Source: a virus
Length of the DNA: 64,000 bases
Virus record (IMG/VR): IMGVR_UViG_3300017763_004709
Location: 1 to 64,000 of that record
Reading direction: 5' to 3' (one strand)
The translations under genes were made by a program, and so were the position numbers. The notes under the pieces are model-generated. The model was not told the origin of the DNA. It searched no databases and saw nothing but the letters and a program-made list of their open reading frames with translations. Of this stretch, positions 1 through 10,868 are shown in pieces. Numbering within the stretch: position 1 is the stretch's first letter; each line of letters begins with the position of its first letter.

Positions 1-1729
1 AAATTCTGTGCTAGGAGTTTCTTCTAATGCTTTTGGTCAAGTAATAGCTAAGGATAGTAGTAATCTAAAAGTAAAAGTAGCCAATTCTAAACATTACTTT
101 ATTTCTTCAGAAAATATAATTTCTAATGTAACAGTAAATACATCTGCTACCTACCAACAATCTTTTACTTCTACTCCTATAGTAATAGATAGTAACTCAT
201 ACTCTATAAATGGCACAAGTAACACTTTTGCTCTACCGCATGTTCCCTCGCATAAAGCAGAAATTGAAATATATGCTGACAATGTATTTATAGAATCTGA
301 AAAATATGTATGGCCTAGTACAGTTTTAGATGGTGTAGGAGTAGATTTTAAAGATATAGAAATAGTAACCTTTCCAGCCGCTAATGATAGGGCTATAGTA
401 ACTAGTGCTAATTTTCCTACTACGGGTACTACTAGTTTAACTCTGAAAATATCTACGGGAGATAAAGATTCTTTGTCTTTTTTAGGATCTAATACTCCTA
501 CTACTCAAATACAAACAGGATCTAGTACTATAACTACTATATATCCTTCTAACTTTGTGTTAAATAGAAATGCTTTTGAAGAAGAACCTATTGTAAGATT
601 ATACTCTATCTACTATCCAGGAGAGTGGTACCCTGCTAATGATAAGGGCAATCCTACAGGAGAAGGAGCAGGAAGGCCTTGGCCTTACGGTTTCCCTATT
701 AGATATGCAGAAATAATAGGAGAAGACTTTTCTATTGAGGACTATACAATAACTCATCAAAGTAATAACTACGTATCTTTTCCTATTAACTATCCTGGAA
801 TCTCTATTAGCTCTGATGGATCTATAGGAGAGATAGACTTAGAAATAAGTAGTATTGATTTAGCTCTACCCACCTTAGTAGAAGATCCTTTCCTAGTAGG
901 GTACAATAATACTTCTGCAATATCTAGTACTGTTAACGGGGAGGTACTAACTAACATTGATCCAAGAACTGTACTTTCTAACCCTTCTTATGACTCAGAT
1001 ATAGCAGATTCTAGAGGACAAAATCAACCTTATGATTATAATACTACTAGCTCTTTAGGAGAAGAATGGATTTCTTTGATGCCGGATAGTAGAGACTTGT
1101 TAGGGGCGGTAGTAGAAGTAAGAAGCTATTATGCATCTTCACTAGAGTATTGGCCTGAGTTTTCTATCATAAGTGGAGTATCTGGAGATTCTATACGCTT
1201 AGAATCTACAGCCCCTTATAGAGTAGGAGACACCGTAAATAGTAATGTAAGTACTAGTACTGCTACTATTACAAATGTTTATAGTAATAACTATATAAAA
1301 TTAGATCAATCTATTACTGGCGCTGTAATAGGAGATAAACTTTTAATAAATAATAGCAATTATGATCCTGATGCTTATGTAGAAAGAAAGTTTACAATTA
1401 ATAAACTTAACTCATATAATGATTCTTCTATTAGTTTTAACTTAGGAAGTAGAACAACTAATTTATTAAAAGAAGTGCCAAGAAGAAAATTTTATAAAAA
1501 CACTTGCCCTTGGAAATATAAAGGAGTAGAGTGTAAGTATCCTAGTGGAGGTACAGGGGTAATTAGCAATAGTGTGCTGCCTAAAACTGCTAATGGTATG
1601 TTCACTATAAATAATGTGGCGACTTCTGACCCTAACTTAGATAAATGTTCTAAAAGTATATCTGCTTGTAAATTACGAAATAATTTATTAAATTGGGGAG
1701 GGTTTCCCGGTGTTAGAAACAAAGTTTAA
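1..1729 (+). CDS. Minor tail tip protein, lambda gpL-like (5' end probably outside window)
   Basis: C-terminal CPWKYKGVEC...DKCSKSISACKLR...WGGFPG 4-Cys motif typical of gpL; lies upstream of K/I/J-like genes. Confidence 0.8.
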   Translation, partial: NSVLGVSSNAFGQVIAKDSSNLKVKVANSKHYFISSENIISNVTVNTSATYQQSFTSTPIVIDSNSYSINGTSNTFALPHVPSHKAEIEIYADNVFIESEKYVWPSTVLDGVGVDFKDIEIVTFPAANDRAIVTSANFPTTGTTSLTLKISTGDKDSLSFLGSNTPTTQIQTGSSTITTIYPSNFVLNRNAFEEEPIVRLYSIYYPGEWYPANDKGNPTGEGAGRPWPYGFPIRYAEIIGEDFSIEDYTITHQSNNYVSFPINYPGISISSDGSIGEIDLEISSIDLALPTLVEDPFLVGYNNTSAISSTVNGEVLTNIDPRTVLSNPSYDSDIADSRGQNQPYDYNTTSSLGEEWISLMPDSRDLLGAVVEVRSYYASSLEYWPEFSIISGVSGDSIRLESTAPYRVGDTVNSNVSTSTATITNVYSNNYIKLDQSITGAVIGDKLLINNSNYDPDAYVERKFTINKLNSYNDSSISFNLGSRTTNLLKEVPRRKFYKNTCPWKYKGVECKYPSGGTGVISNSVLPKTANGMFTINNVATSDPNLDKCSKSISACKLRNNLLNWGGFPGVRNKV

Positions 1730-2087
1730 TTTACTTTTAGATACAATAGGCAAATATTCTCAGTCTCAGTACCCTTTAGAGGCTTGTGGTATAATTACTT
1801 TAGATTTTGAATTTATACCCAGCAGTAACTTAAGTAATAATCCTAGACACAGTTTTATAATTGATCCTATTGTTGTTAATAGGTATGACGAAAATATATG
1901 GGGTATTTTTCATTCTCATACAGATGAAAAGTTTGAAACCCCCTCAGAATTAGATATGTCTTTAACCGTATATCCAGATATAAAATTTATATTATTTAAT
2001 AATAAAAATTTTTACATATATTGGTATGACACAGATAAAAATATTAAAAGGTACGAAAAGTTTAATGAAGATCACTGTAAATATTAA
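1710..2087 (+). CDS. Tail assembly protein K-like, JAB/MPN domain
   Basis: EACG...FHSH...PS..D JAB motif; position between L and I. Confidence 0.8.
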   Translation: MLETKFNLLLDTIGKYSQSQYPLEACGIITLDFEFIPSSNLSNNPRHSFIIDPIVVNRYDENIWGIFHSHTDEKFETPSELDMSLTVYPDIKFILFNNKNFYIYWYDTDKNIKRYEKFNEDHCKY

Positions 2088-2682
2088 TAAGCCTCTTAGA
2101 ACTTTCTTTGATGATAGGTCTGATGTAATACTAGATGCTTCAGATTACTTTGATATATACTCTGGTCTTAAAAATATGTTTCCTAAATTTGAGAAGTTAT
2201 TAAACTCTATGAAGAATACAGAGTCTAAATTTCAAGATGTAGTGTTTATTCAAGACAACAAAATTATAGACGTATCTAAATTTAAATTAATAATTAAAGA
2301 AAACTTAGAAGTATCGTTAACGCCTGTATTTTTTGGAGCAGCCCCTTCTTATACTTTTTCTAATTTATATAGTGATATAAAATCTAGTTTTATGTATCCT
2401 TTATTTGGTTTATCTACTGCTAGTACAGAGTCTTCTGACTTCGAAGGATTAGATAAAAGAATACTAGACTCATCTTTATTTGGGAGAGCAGAAGAAGTAT
2501 ACGCAGCAGGTATGAGAACAGAAAATGATGTATTCGGGGACTTACAAATCAATACTAATGCAAAACTGCCTATAGGACTTCATTACGGTCTTGTAAGAGT
2601 ATCAGGTACTTTAATAAATAATTATACTAAAACATATAGATGTGATCCTGATGTGTTTAGAGTAAAGGATGTAATACCTTAA
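2065..2682 (+). CDS. Tail assembly protein I-like
   Basis: Ubiquitin-like N-terminus ending LTPVFFGA and C-terminal PIGLHYGLVRVSG; synteny; start moved to ATG 2065. Confidence 0.7.
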   Translation: MKITVNINKPLRTFFDDRSDVILDASDYFDIYSGLKNMFPKFEKLLNSMKNTESKFQDVVFIQDNKIIDVSKFKLIIKENLEVSLTPVFFGAAPSYTFSNLYSDIKSSFMYPLFGLSTASTESSDFEGLDKRILDSSLFGRAEEVYAAGMRTENDVFGDLQINTNAKLPIGLHYGLVRVSGTLINNYTKTYRCDPDVFRVKDVIP

Positions 2683-5171
2683 TGGCTATTTCACCACTGA
2701 CCTTATCTGTAGGGCAAAATCAAACATTTCAAAAGCAGTTAACTAAACTAAATACAGATATTCAGTTTAGTCATGTCGCTATTGGTGAAGGGCCTATATA
2801 CAGAATAAATCCAAACGGTGTTCAAGATATTAGAGTAGATGGTAAGTTTATTGATGATTTAATAACTGTTAATAATGAGCCAGATCCTTATGTTTTTCAA
2901 TACAAAAGTACTACTGGTAGTATTAATCAGCAGGTACTCACTCCTTTCAGCGATGAAGTGACAAATAATTTAAGATTCTCCTCTCCTGTGGTTCTTAAGT
3001 CGGGACAGATAAAAGGTGTTGTAACGGGAGTACCTGAAGCTAATGTAATCTTTTTTCCGACTTCTGCTTCTGTAGGAGATAATCCTATAGACACTTTAGT
3101 ATTTAAATTTTCTGTCGAAGAGTTATACAAACAAGATACTAATAATAATTCTACTACAGGGCCACAGAATCAAAGATTAGATTTAAGAATAATAGTACAT
3201 GATAGAAATGAAACATCAAACATAAATAACTATATTGCTTTAGTACAACACTCTTTTACTGAGACTATTACCTTTGATACTATATTAGAAGTACCTATAA
3301 GTATACCTTCAGCTAACCAAAGTGATAATGGGTATAGAGTATCAGTACTAAAAGGTTCAGATGACACTTTGGACTCTGAGATTAGTTCTGAAGTTTCTTT
3401 TTTAGGTTTTAATGAAATATCTCACGAACCTTTCTCGTACCCTAGAACAGCTAGTATAGGCTATGCTTTAAAAGCTACTGGGCTAAGATCAGATGCTGTT
3501 CTAAACTACTCTAGTTTAGTAAAAGGTCTTATAGTTAAAGTCCCTTCTAATTATGATCAACCTATACTAACTAATGGGGAAGTAGACTGGAGAGAAGTAG
3601 AAGTTGATGACATAACTTCTACAGGATACGAACTTCAGTCCTCTCCAGGAATTGTTAGTTTTGATGCTAATCCTATAGTTTATAAAGGTATTTGGGATGG
3701 TACTTTTAAATATGACTGGACTCAGAATCCTGCATGGATTATATATGATTTATTAACTAATACTTCTTATGGATATGGAATACCCGAGTCTTACATAGAT
3801 AAGTATAACTTTTATAAAGCGTCACAAATATTTGATGCAGTAGAGCCTGAAACAGGAAAATTTATAGGTGTTGAAACATACGCTGATGGTAGTATACGTC
3901 ATAAGCCTAGAGGACAATTTACGTCTATACTAGAAGATCAAATAGGTTTATCCTCTTCTAAAGTCATAAAAGAAAGAAGGATAGTATGTGATCTTAGTGT
4001 GACAGACTCTATAGAAACTTATGAGCTTATAAATAAAATAGTTGCGTCTGCCAAAGGTTATTTAGAAATTAGTAATGATAAGATAGGATTAGTTTTAGAC
4101 TATCCTAACTCCCTTCCAGAGCAAATGTTCAACGAAGTTAATTTAACAGCGATCAAATATTCAGGAAATAGAGCAGAAGACTATATAACTGCAGTAGAAG
4201 TATCTTTTAATGACGGGGCTAATAACTATAATAAAGACTTAATAAAGATATACGACCCTGATTCTGATATGCTAGAGGAAAGAGTAGCTAGTATAGATTT
4301 AATAGGCTGCTCTAGAAGAAGTGAAGCTATTAGATTTGCTCAATATATATTAGCTTCTAAAAAATATGTAAAAAGAAAAGTAGAATTTTCTACTTTTGTA
4401 ACTACTTCAGATTTAACCCCTGGTACTATTGTTTCTTTATCAACTCAGACAGTAGGCTCTATATATGGGTATAATGGTATTATTCAAGATAATTCTTCGG
4501 CTAGTAGCGCTACAACAAATGTAAAACTACAACATATTTCTTATCCTCCAATTTCTAATGCTGTATTTGAGAGTAACACGCAACCCCTAGCCTTACGTCA
4601 CTATAGCCAAGAAAGCGGTAAATCTGAGCTTTATATTATAAGCAATACTCAAGTTTCTTATGCCACTACGGGTAATGTACAAGGAGCATTATCTGGTTAT
4701 GACTTTATAGAAGTTAAAGCTTTAAGTAAGTGGGATCCTTTAGTAAACACTTTTGTAGGAATTAGCACTTTCGATCCTTTTAATACTCCTAAAGAAAAAG
4801 ACTTATGGGCCCTTGGAGAAATAGATCCTAATAACTACTACTCTACTAACGCTGCAAAATTATTTAGGATAGATTCTATATCTATGCCCTCTGGTGCAGA
4901 AACTAGTATTTCTGCTAGTGAATATGTACCAAAAGTGTATATAGATAGTGAAAATATTATAAACTTTGAGCCTATACCTATTAAAACAATAGCTAACCCT
5001 CTTATAAAACCTGCCCCTCCTATATTTTCTATTAGCCCTGTGTACACCAATACAGGTGCTGGTAATCCAATTTTAAACTTTTTATTTAACGTACAAAGCA
5101 GTTCTAATATTCAAATAGCTCAAGCTTTTATACCTAGCTCAAGCTTTGTACCTGTACTGGGGGCTATATAA
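2682..5171 (+). CDS. Tail tip/hub protein, gpJ N-terminal part
   Basis: GEGPI, YPRTA, WDGTFK..WTQNPAWIIYDLLTN..YG.G and GC..RSEAIR motifs of gpJ. Confidence 0.85.
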   Translation: MAISPLTLSVGQNQTFQKQLTKLNTDIQFSHVAIGEGPIYRINPNGVQDIRVDGKFIDDLITVNNEPDPYVFQYKSTTGSINQQVLTPFSDEVTNNLRFSSPVVLKSGQIKGVVTGVPEANVIFFPTSASVGDNPIDTLVFKFSVEELYKQDTNNNSTTGPQNQRLDLRIIVHDRNETSNINNYIALVQHSFTETITFDTILEVPISIPSANQSDNGYRVSVLKGSDDTLDSEISSEVSFLGFNEISHEPFSYPRTASIGYALKATGLRSDAVLNYSSLVKGLIVKVPSNYDQPILTNGEVDWREVEVDDITSTGYELQSSPGIVSFDANPIVYKGIWDGTFKYDWTQNPAWIIYDLLTNTSYGYGIPESYIDKYNFYKASQIFDAVEPETGKFIGVETYADGSIRHKPRGQFTSILEDQIGLSSSKVIKERRIVCDLSVTDSIETYELINKIVASAKGYLEISNDKIGLVLDYPNSLPEQMFNEVNLTAIKYSGNRAEDYITAVEVSFNDGANNYNKDLIKIYDPDSDMLEERVASIDLIGCSRRSEAIRFAQYILASKKYVKRKVEFSTFVTTSDLTPGTIVSLSTQTVGSIYGYNGIIQDNSSASSATTNVKLQHISYPPISNAVFESNTQPLALRHYSQESGKSELYIISNTQVSYATTGNVQGALSGYDFIEVKALSKWDPLVNTFVGISTFDPFNTPKEKDLWALGEIDPNNYYSTNAAKLFRIDSISMPSGAETSISASEYVPKVYIDSENIINFEPIPIKTIANPLIKPAPPIFSISPVYTNTGAGNPILNFLFNVQSSSNIQIAQAFIPSSSFVPVLGAI

Positions 5172-8100
5172 TGGCTAATTTAAATTTCTTAGTATCTAAC
5201 ACTACACCTTTTGTGGGTCAGCCTTCTGCAGCCTTATTTGGGAAGAACGGAGCTAAGTCATCTTTAGGTACTGTAAAACCTTTAGTTTTAAACACTGAAT
5301 TACTTGATACTAGTATTACTTTTTCTGTGTCTAATTTACACTTAATGTATGATGATAATTTTGACTCTCACTTATTAGAGGCTAGAAATAATACACAGTT
5401 GGTAACTCTTAAAGGTCAAGCACCAGATAACCTACTTAGATACAATTTAAATATAAAATCAGCATCTAATACTGCTGGAGCTGCAGAAAATACTGTAGGT
5501 CATGACTCTACTTTAGTAGCACTAAGCTCTAATATAACTTCTTTTAATATAAGTGCTAATACCTTAACTATAGATTATAATACTGCAGAAGTAGCAGCAG
5601 TAGTTAAAAATGCTTTATTGCCTTCTCCTTTTTATGTAGAACTTCAGCAAATAATAGAGCCTACAATATCTACTTCTAATACTTTTTTTGTGTCGGGGGC
5701 TCTTAGTATACTGTCTAATACTCATAATGTTGCTGAGCAGGCAGGCGTTTTATCCTTACCTTTAGGAGTAGTGCCTCCTGCTAAAGGATTAATAAGCACT
5801 TTTGTAAACGGTAGCTTAATTGAAGAAGAAGCCACTGAGTTTTCTTGGTCTACAGGAGACGACTATATAGAGCATAATATTGCTTCAAGTGACTTACAGA
5901 TAATTACTTCAGTAGAAAACTATTCTTCTCCTGCATTTGAAAGTAAAGACAGCATATTTATAGTTGATAACGAACAATTAAATACAATAAATTCAGTATC
6001 GTATATAGCTTCTTCTCCTACTTATAATTCTGCTCTAACTTCTTCCGACTTTTTTAAGGTAAAACTTACAGATAATATTGCTTCTTCTGTAGGTAAGACT
6101 GCTATAATGAATACGTCAGAAGACTTAATTGCAGATATTACTTCTATTGATAATATAAATAATAAAATAACTATTACTTATGACGATCTTAAATATGATA
6201 AAGGATATGAACTAGCAAATAATGGTATTTATATACTGGCTCCTTTTAGTTATAATGATTTTAACTCTGTAACTTTGGTAGATAGTAAGATACAAACTCC
6301 AGCTACAGCAGGTGTATTTGTATTTCAGGTATCTGCTATAAATGAGTTTAATAGATCTAGTGTTCCTATTACTCAAAGTGTGGCTACATCTTATCCTCCA
6401 TTAGGACAAGTACCTGAAGACCAAGTAGTCTTATCTGAAAATTTATTTAGAGATAGAACTAAAGGTATTATGTCAAGAGTAATAGGTCAGTTTCCTCATA
6501 TTATAAATAGAAATGTAAAAACTTATGATATTAGCTACAAGATAGTACAGTTATCAGGATCAGATCCTCATCCTAGTGGAATGACTAATTTTACTAGTTT
6601 TATAGTAGATGCCAATGAAGCTGGTGAAGATGGTAATATTCATTTTAATATAAACAACTTAGATTTAGGACAGGCAGGAAATGTTTACTCTCTTCAAGTA
6701 AAAATTCTTCCTATAAACGGATTAATATCTGGTATTCCTGTATATAAGTCAATTACTTTATCTGGTAAATCTGCTAGACCCTTACCATTAAATAGTTTTA
6801 ATCTTAATCAGACTAACGACTCTATAGTTTTTGATATTGAATATCCCGTTGATTCACAAAATAATTTAGATGAATTAGATATTTTACATACAGAAATTAG
6901 ATCTTTAAAACCAGTAGTAAGTGTTAATTCTCAAAATAGTATTAATGATGCTTTCTTAAGGGGCGATAAAGTAATGCTTTTACCTCATCCTCTAAGTAGA
7001 GCAGAAATATCTTTAGATAGGTTTGTTTCTGGCTCTTATACTTTCTCAGCAAAAACTGTAGATACTAGTGGTAATTATTCTTTAAACGCTTTGGCTAGAA
7101 ATTTACAAGTAGAAATATCTACACAAACAGATACTCTAGCTATATGGAATGAAGCGGCTCCTAATACTAATATATCCTCTTCAGTAGGTAATTACAATTA
7201 TGGGGATAATGTATTTGTAGGGGCTACAGAAGTAGATAATGGAGGTTTTGTTTATCACGTAGACCCTGTAACTTCTGTAGTGCTAGGAGTAGATACTCCT
7301 TCTAGTTTAGCAGAAGATGCAAACGCATCCTCTAATGGTTTTTCATGGGCGCAAGGTCAATATCAAGGAGTAGATAAAACAGACTTGCTTATTACTTCTG
7401 CTAACTCTGTATATATAAGCCCTGTTAGAGATTTAGGTTCTGTAGTACGAGGAAACATTGTTATTTCTAGCCTAGTAAACTCTTCTTTATTAGAAAAGTT
7501 TTTAGATGTGTCTCAAGACTTAATAGTAGGAGTAGCTGAGGGGCACACATCAGAGGCTAATGTTTTATTTGACTCAGACTTTGCTATAGGAACAGTAGTA
7601 GGATATAATAATGCAGAATCTTCTTTTTCTTTCAGTAATACTCATAATACTATAACTGATGGTTCTGCTAATAATAAGGTGTTTGTAGTTGTAAACCCTG
7701 GACAAGAAGTTGTAGGCTCTATGGATGCTGCCGATGACGTTTCTAATATACATAGTTATGCTCTTATCGCAGGCGCTATAAATACTAATGCTATAGAATT
7801 AAGTGCTGTATACTACGCTAATGGAAAACCTGTACCTACAGGAAATGCTACAAATAGTACTGCTCTTTCCAATATAACTCAGTCTGGAAGCAGCTATAAA
7901 TTAGTAGATATGAATCAGTTTATAGACGCCTTCGGAACTAGAGATTTTTCTCCTGATGTAGAAGTATCTAAGAATGTTTATGTAAGATTCTCATCTTCGA
8001 ATGTTTTTGAGGCTTCTGATAATGTTTCTTCTAAACCTCATGGAAATGTGAATGTTTCTCTATTTGATGAGGGGGATGATGAAGAAAACTGGCAATCAAA

Positions 8101-8470
8101 CTATTTTGGTTTAAGACGTTTTAGGTATTTTCAAGTTAAAACGGAGTTTGATATAAATGATTATGGAGACTCAGCAAATACTTTTATAGACGAATTAAAC
8201 TATGAAGTCAGGGGCATAAAAAAAGAATTTACAACAGTTGTAAGCTCTACTAACAAAATTCAAGGAAACTTAGTAGTGGACTATAGCAGTGCAGAATTTT
8301 TTAGAATACCTACAGTATTTACTCAAGTACTATCTGCTAATACCAGCCTTATATCTAGAACTAGCGATTTGACAAATGAAAGTTGCAATGTTACTATATT
8401 TAATACCCAAAACGGGAATATTGTTGACGATCCCAATATTGAAATAACAATTTCTGCTACAGGAGCATAA
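5171..8470 (+). CDS. Large tail protein with FN3-like segments (gpJ C-terminal/central fibre equivalent)
   Basis: YTFSAKTVDTSGNYS and FRYFQVK motifs; S/T/N/V-rich; TAATG-coupled to preceding gene. Confidence 0.65.
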   Translation: MANLNFLVSNTTPFVGQPSAALFGKNGAKSSLGTVKPLVLNTELLDTSITFSVSNLHLMYDDNFDSHLLEARNNTQLVTLKGQAPDNLLRYNLNIKSASNTAGAAENTVGHDSTLVALSSNITSFNISANTLTIDYNTAEVAAVVKNALLPSPFYVELQQIIEPTISTSNTFFVSGALSILSNTHNVAEQAGVLSLPLGVVPPAKGLISTFVNGSLIEEEATEFSWSTGDDYIEHNIASSDLQIITSVENYSSPAFESKDSIFIVDNEQLNTINSVSYIASSPTYNSALTSSDFFKVKLTDNIASSVGKTAIMNTSEDLIADITSIDNINNKITITYDDLKYDKGYELANNGIYILAPFSYNDFNSVTLVDSKIQTPATAGVFVFQVSAINEFNRSSVPITQSVATSYPPLGQVPEDQVVLSENLFRDRTKGIMSRVIGQFPHIINRNVKTYDISYKIVQLSGSDPHPSGMTNFTSFIVDANEAGEDGNIHFNINNLDLGQAGNVYSLQVKILPINGLISGIPVYKSITLSGKSARPLPLNSFNLNQTNDSIVFDIEYPVDSQNNLDELDILHTEIRSLKPVVSVNSQNSINDAFLRGDKVMLLPHPLSRAEISLDRFVSGSYTFSAKTVDTSGNYSLNALARNLQVEISTQTDTLAIWNEAAPNTNISSSVGNYNYGDNVFVGATEVDNGGFVYHVDPVTSVVLGVDTPSSLAEDANASSNGFSWAQGQYQGVDKTDLLITSANSVYISPVRDLGSVVRGNIVISSLVNSSLLEKFLDVSQDLIVGVAEGHTSEANVLFDSDFAIGTVVGYNNAESSFSFSNTHNTITDGSANNKVFVVVNPGQEVVGSMDAADDVSNIHSYALIAGAINTNAIELSAVYYANGKPVPTGNATNSTALSNITQSGSSYKLVDMNQFIDAFGTRDFSPDVEVSKNVYVRFSSSNVFEASDNVSSKPHGNVNVSLFDEGDDEENWQSNYFGLRRFRYFQVKTEFDINDYGDSANTFIDELNYEVRGIKKEFTTVVSSTNKIQGNLVVDYSSAEFFRIPTVFTQVLSANTSLISRTSDLTNESCNVTIFNTQNGNIVDDPNIEITISATGA

Positions 8471-8471
8471 A

Positions 8472-9098
8472 ATGGCCATAACTACTTCAAATACTTTTCA
8501 TACAGCTGCTATCTCTGACACTATATCGAGTGCTAGAGGTTACTGGAATTCCAGTTTTCAAGCTCTGTTAAGAAATTTTAATAGCGCCAATGCTACTCCT
8601 AATGCTAATAACTTAAACTTTGAAGGGGCACTTACTACTGAGCCTGAGGGTATGTTATATTATAACAATACTACGGGAGGTATGTACTTACACACTACTA
8701 AGTTTGGTCAAGGTCCTTATGGAAATTTTAGAAGAGCAGGACTAGGTACTAGACCTTATGCTACTGTAGCTGCCGCTGTTTTAGATAGTGCGGTGTTAGA
8801 TCCAGGAGAGTTAATAGTAGTAATTAATGATACAGGAGGTACTGCTGCAAATAACAGAGTTTACTTAGTATCTGATGATAACAAACATTTAATAGATGTA
8901 GGAATACCTACAACTGATGGGGTTATATCTAATAATACTATAGTTTCTAAAAGTATTACTGGAAACGAAATAGCTGATAATGCTATCACATCTGATCATA
9001 TAGCTCCTGGAACGGTAATAGAAACAGATTTTGCAGATGAATCAGTTACCGACAGTAAATTAGATTCTTCCTTAGTTATGCTAAGCATGGTGTTGTAA
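8472..9098 (+). CDS. Tail-associated structural protein
   Basis: Position; C-terminal ITGNEIADNAITSDHIA-type short repeats seen in fibre proteins. Confidence 0.5.
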   Translation: MAITTSNTFHTAAISDTISSARGYWNSSFQALLRNFNSANATPNANNLNFEGALTTEPEGMLYYNNTTGGMYLHTTKFGQGPYGNFRRAGLGTRPYATVAAAVLDSAVLDPGELIVVINDTGGTAANNRVYLVSDDNKHLIDVGIPTTDGVISNNTIVSKSITGNEIADNAITSDHIAPGTVIETDFADESVTDSKLDSSLVMLSMVL

Positions 9099-9451
9099 TG
9101 TTTTCAAAAGTTTTATTTGGATTTTTGTTAGCTAGTCTTAGTGCTTCAGGTTTTTTATTTTGGCAAAATAACGTCTTAAAAGAGAATCTAGTGAAGATAG
9201 AAGCAGTTTATGAACGTCAAAAAACGACCATATTAGAAATGGAAAAAAGTTTTTCAACTTCTGTGGAAGAAAATTCAAAGTTACAAAAAGCTTTAACAGC
9301 ACAAGAAACTGCTATAGATAGTTTACGAAAGACACTTACTAAACATGATCTTACTAAGATAGCAAAGTCTAAACCAGAAATATTAGAAAAGAAGATAAAT
9401 GATGCGACTAATGAATTGCTCAATGATATTACCTCTTTTACTAGTGACTAG
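9098..9451 (+). CDS. i-spanin (Rz-like)
   Basis: N-terminal TM helix plus coiled coil; overlaps a lipoprotein gene. Confidence 0.75.
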   Translation: MFSKVLFGFLLASLSASGFLFWQNNVLKENLVKIEAVYERQKTTILEMEKSFSTSVEENSKLQKALTAQETAIDSLRKTLTKHDLTKIAKSKPEILEKKINDATNELLNDITSFTSD

Positions 9452-9749
9452 TTGTGGTATAATACCTAGAGAAATAGAAGTAATTGAGACAGAGATAAAA
9501 ACTCCAATTATTTTTCAAGAGGCTCCTAAAGCAGTGGAGACCTATCCTATAAACTTTAGAGTTATAAATGAAAATAATTTAGAACAGTTTTTAGCAGAAA
9601 TGAGATCTTTAGAGGGAGAAGTAGTTTTTATAGCTCTAGATGTTAGAGATTATGAAAAGTTAGCTCTGAATACTCAAGATCTTGTTAGATATATAAAACA
9701 ACAAAAAGAAATAATAATTTATTATGAAACACTATTAGAAGGGGATTAA
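9399..9749 (+). CDS. o-spanin (Rz1-like lipoprotein)
   Basis: Lipobox LLLVTSC; overlaps i-spanin 3' end. Confidence 0.75.
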   Translation: MMRLMNCSMILPLLLVTSCGIIPREIEVIETEIKTPIIFQEAPKAVETYPINFRVINENNLEQFLAEMRSLEGEVVFIALDVRDYEKLALNTQDLVRYIKQQKEIIIYYETLLEGD

Positions 9750-9813
9750 GGTGTTAATTTAATATACTACTTTAAATAATATCTATTATTTAAGTAATAC
9801 GGAGGCAGTTTAA

Positions 9814-10296
9814 ATGATAGATCCAATAACGGCTATTACTGCGGCTACGGCTGCATTTAATGGGGTAAAAAAACTCGTAGCTGCTGGTCGAGATATAGAA
9901 GATGTAGTAGGTCAGCTTGGTAAATGGTATGGAGCTGCTGCAGACTTAAATCGAGCAGAAGCCCAACGAAAAAATCCACCAATGTTTAGTAAACTATTCA
10001 ATAGTGGGTCAATAGAAGAAGAAGCTTTAGGAATAATAGTACAAAAGAAAAAACTAGAAGAGCAAGAGAAACAACTTCAAGACTTGTTAAATATACGATT
10101 TGGTTTTGGTACTTGGAAAGAGATGGTAGAGCTTCGTAGAAAAATTAAAAAGGAAAGAGAAGAAACTCTTTATAAGCAGCAAGAAAGAAAAGCTGCTTTT
10201 TTTGAAGGGCTTCTTTTAATAGGGTTAATAGCTCTAGGAGCGGGTATAGTAGGTATAACTACTTTTTTAGTGGGTACTGGCGCTGGTTGGTGGTAA
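9814..10296 (+). CDS. Hypothetical coiled-coil protein with C-terminal TM helix
   Basis: GGAGG RBS; hydrophobic C-terminus. Confidence 0.6.
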   Translation: MIDPITAITAATAAFNGVKKLVAAGRDIEDVVGQLGKWYGAAADLNRAEAQRKNPPMFSKLFNSGSIEEEALGIIVQKKKLEEQEKQLQDLLNIRFGFGTWKEMVELRRKIKKEREETLYKQQERKAAFFEGLLLIGLIALGAGIVGITTFLVGTGAGWW

Positions 10297-10466
10297 TATG
10301 GCCACTGGTCTACACTACTCTAACTATGATTTTTATAGATAATCAACCCCCTTCAACCTTAGTAAGAGTATGTAGATATCAACATCCAGAATTAGTATGG
10401 AACACAAGACAATACTGGATATGGGAGTGGCAAACTTGTCCTCTCGGAATTATTAGAAATAAATAA
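10290..10466 (+). CDS. Small hypothetical protein (58 aa, GTG start; not in ORF track)
   Basis: Manual translation MVIWPLVYTTLTMIF...VCRY...QTCPLGIIRNK fills the gap. Confidence 0.45.
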   Translation: MVIWPLVYTTLTMIFIDNQPPSTLVRVCRYQHPELVWNTRQYWIWEWQTCPLGIIRNK

Positions 10467-10485
10467 TTTCAAAGGAGAACTACAT

Positions 10486-10854
10486 ATGGCAGCTGCAAAA
10501 ACACTGCAACCTGATTCTATTTTTGCGGAACTAGACGCAGATGGAGATGGTATAATCACAGACGAAGAAATGTCTCGTGCAAAAGAAATAGCAGAATTTG
10601 AACATAAACGTAATATGCAAGAAAACGAAGATAAAAAAGAAGATCAAATAAGGGCTATGGCATGGTTTGCTCTTTGGGGTATGTTACTGTATCCTATTTT
10701 AATATTAGCTACTTCTTTTTTAGGAGTAAAGGATGCCGCACAGTTAATAGGAGATATAGCTCCTACTTATTTTGTAGCTATTGCCGGACTAGTTGCTGCA
10801 TTCTTTGGTGCTCAGGCATACTCAAAATCAAAAACTAGTACAGATAAAAAATAA
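10486..10854 (+). CDS. EF-hand-containing two-TM holin-like protein
   Basis: DADGDGIITDEE EF-hand loop; two TM helices; lysis-region context. Confidence 0.55.
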   Translation: MAAAKTLQPDSIFAELDADGDGIITDEEMSRAKEIAEFEHKRNMQENEDKKEDQIRAMAWFALWGMLLYPILILATSFLGVKDAAQLIGDIAPTYFVAIAGLVAAFFGAQAYSKSKTSTDKK

Positions 10855-10868
10855 AAAGGAGACAACAA

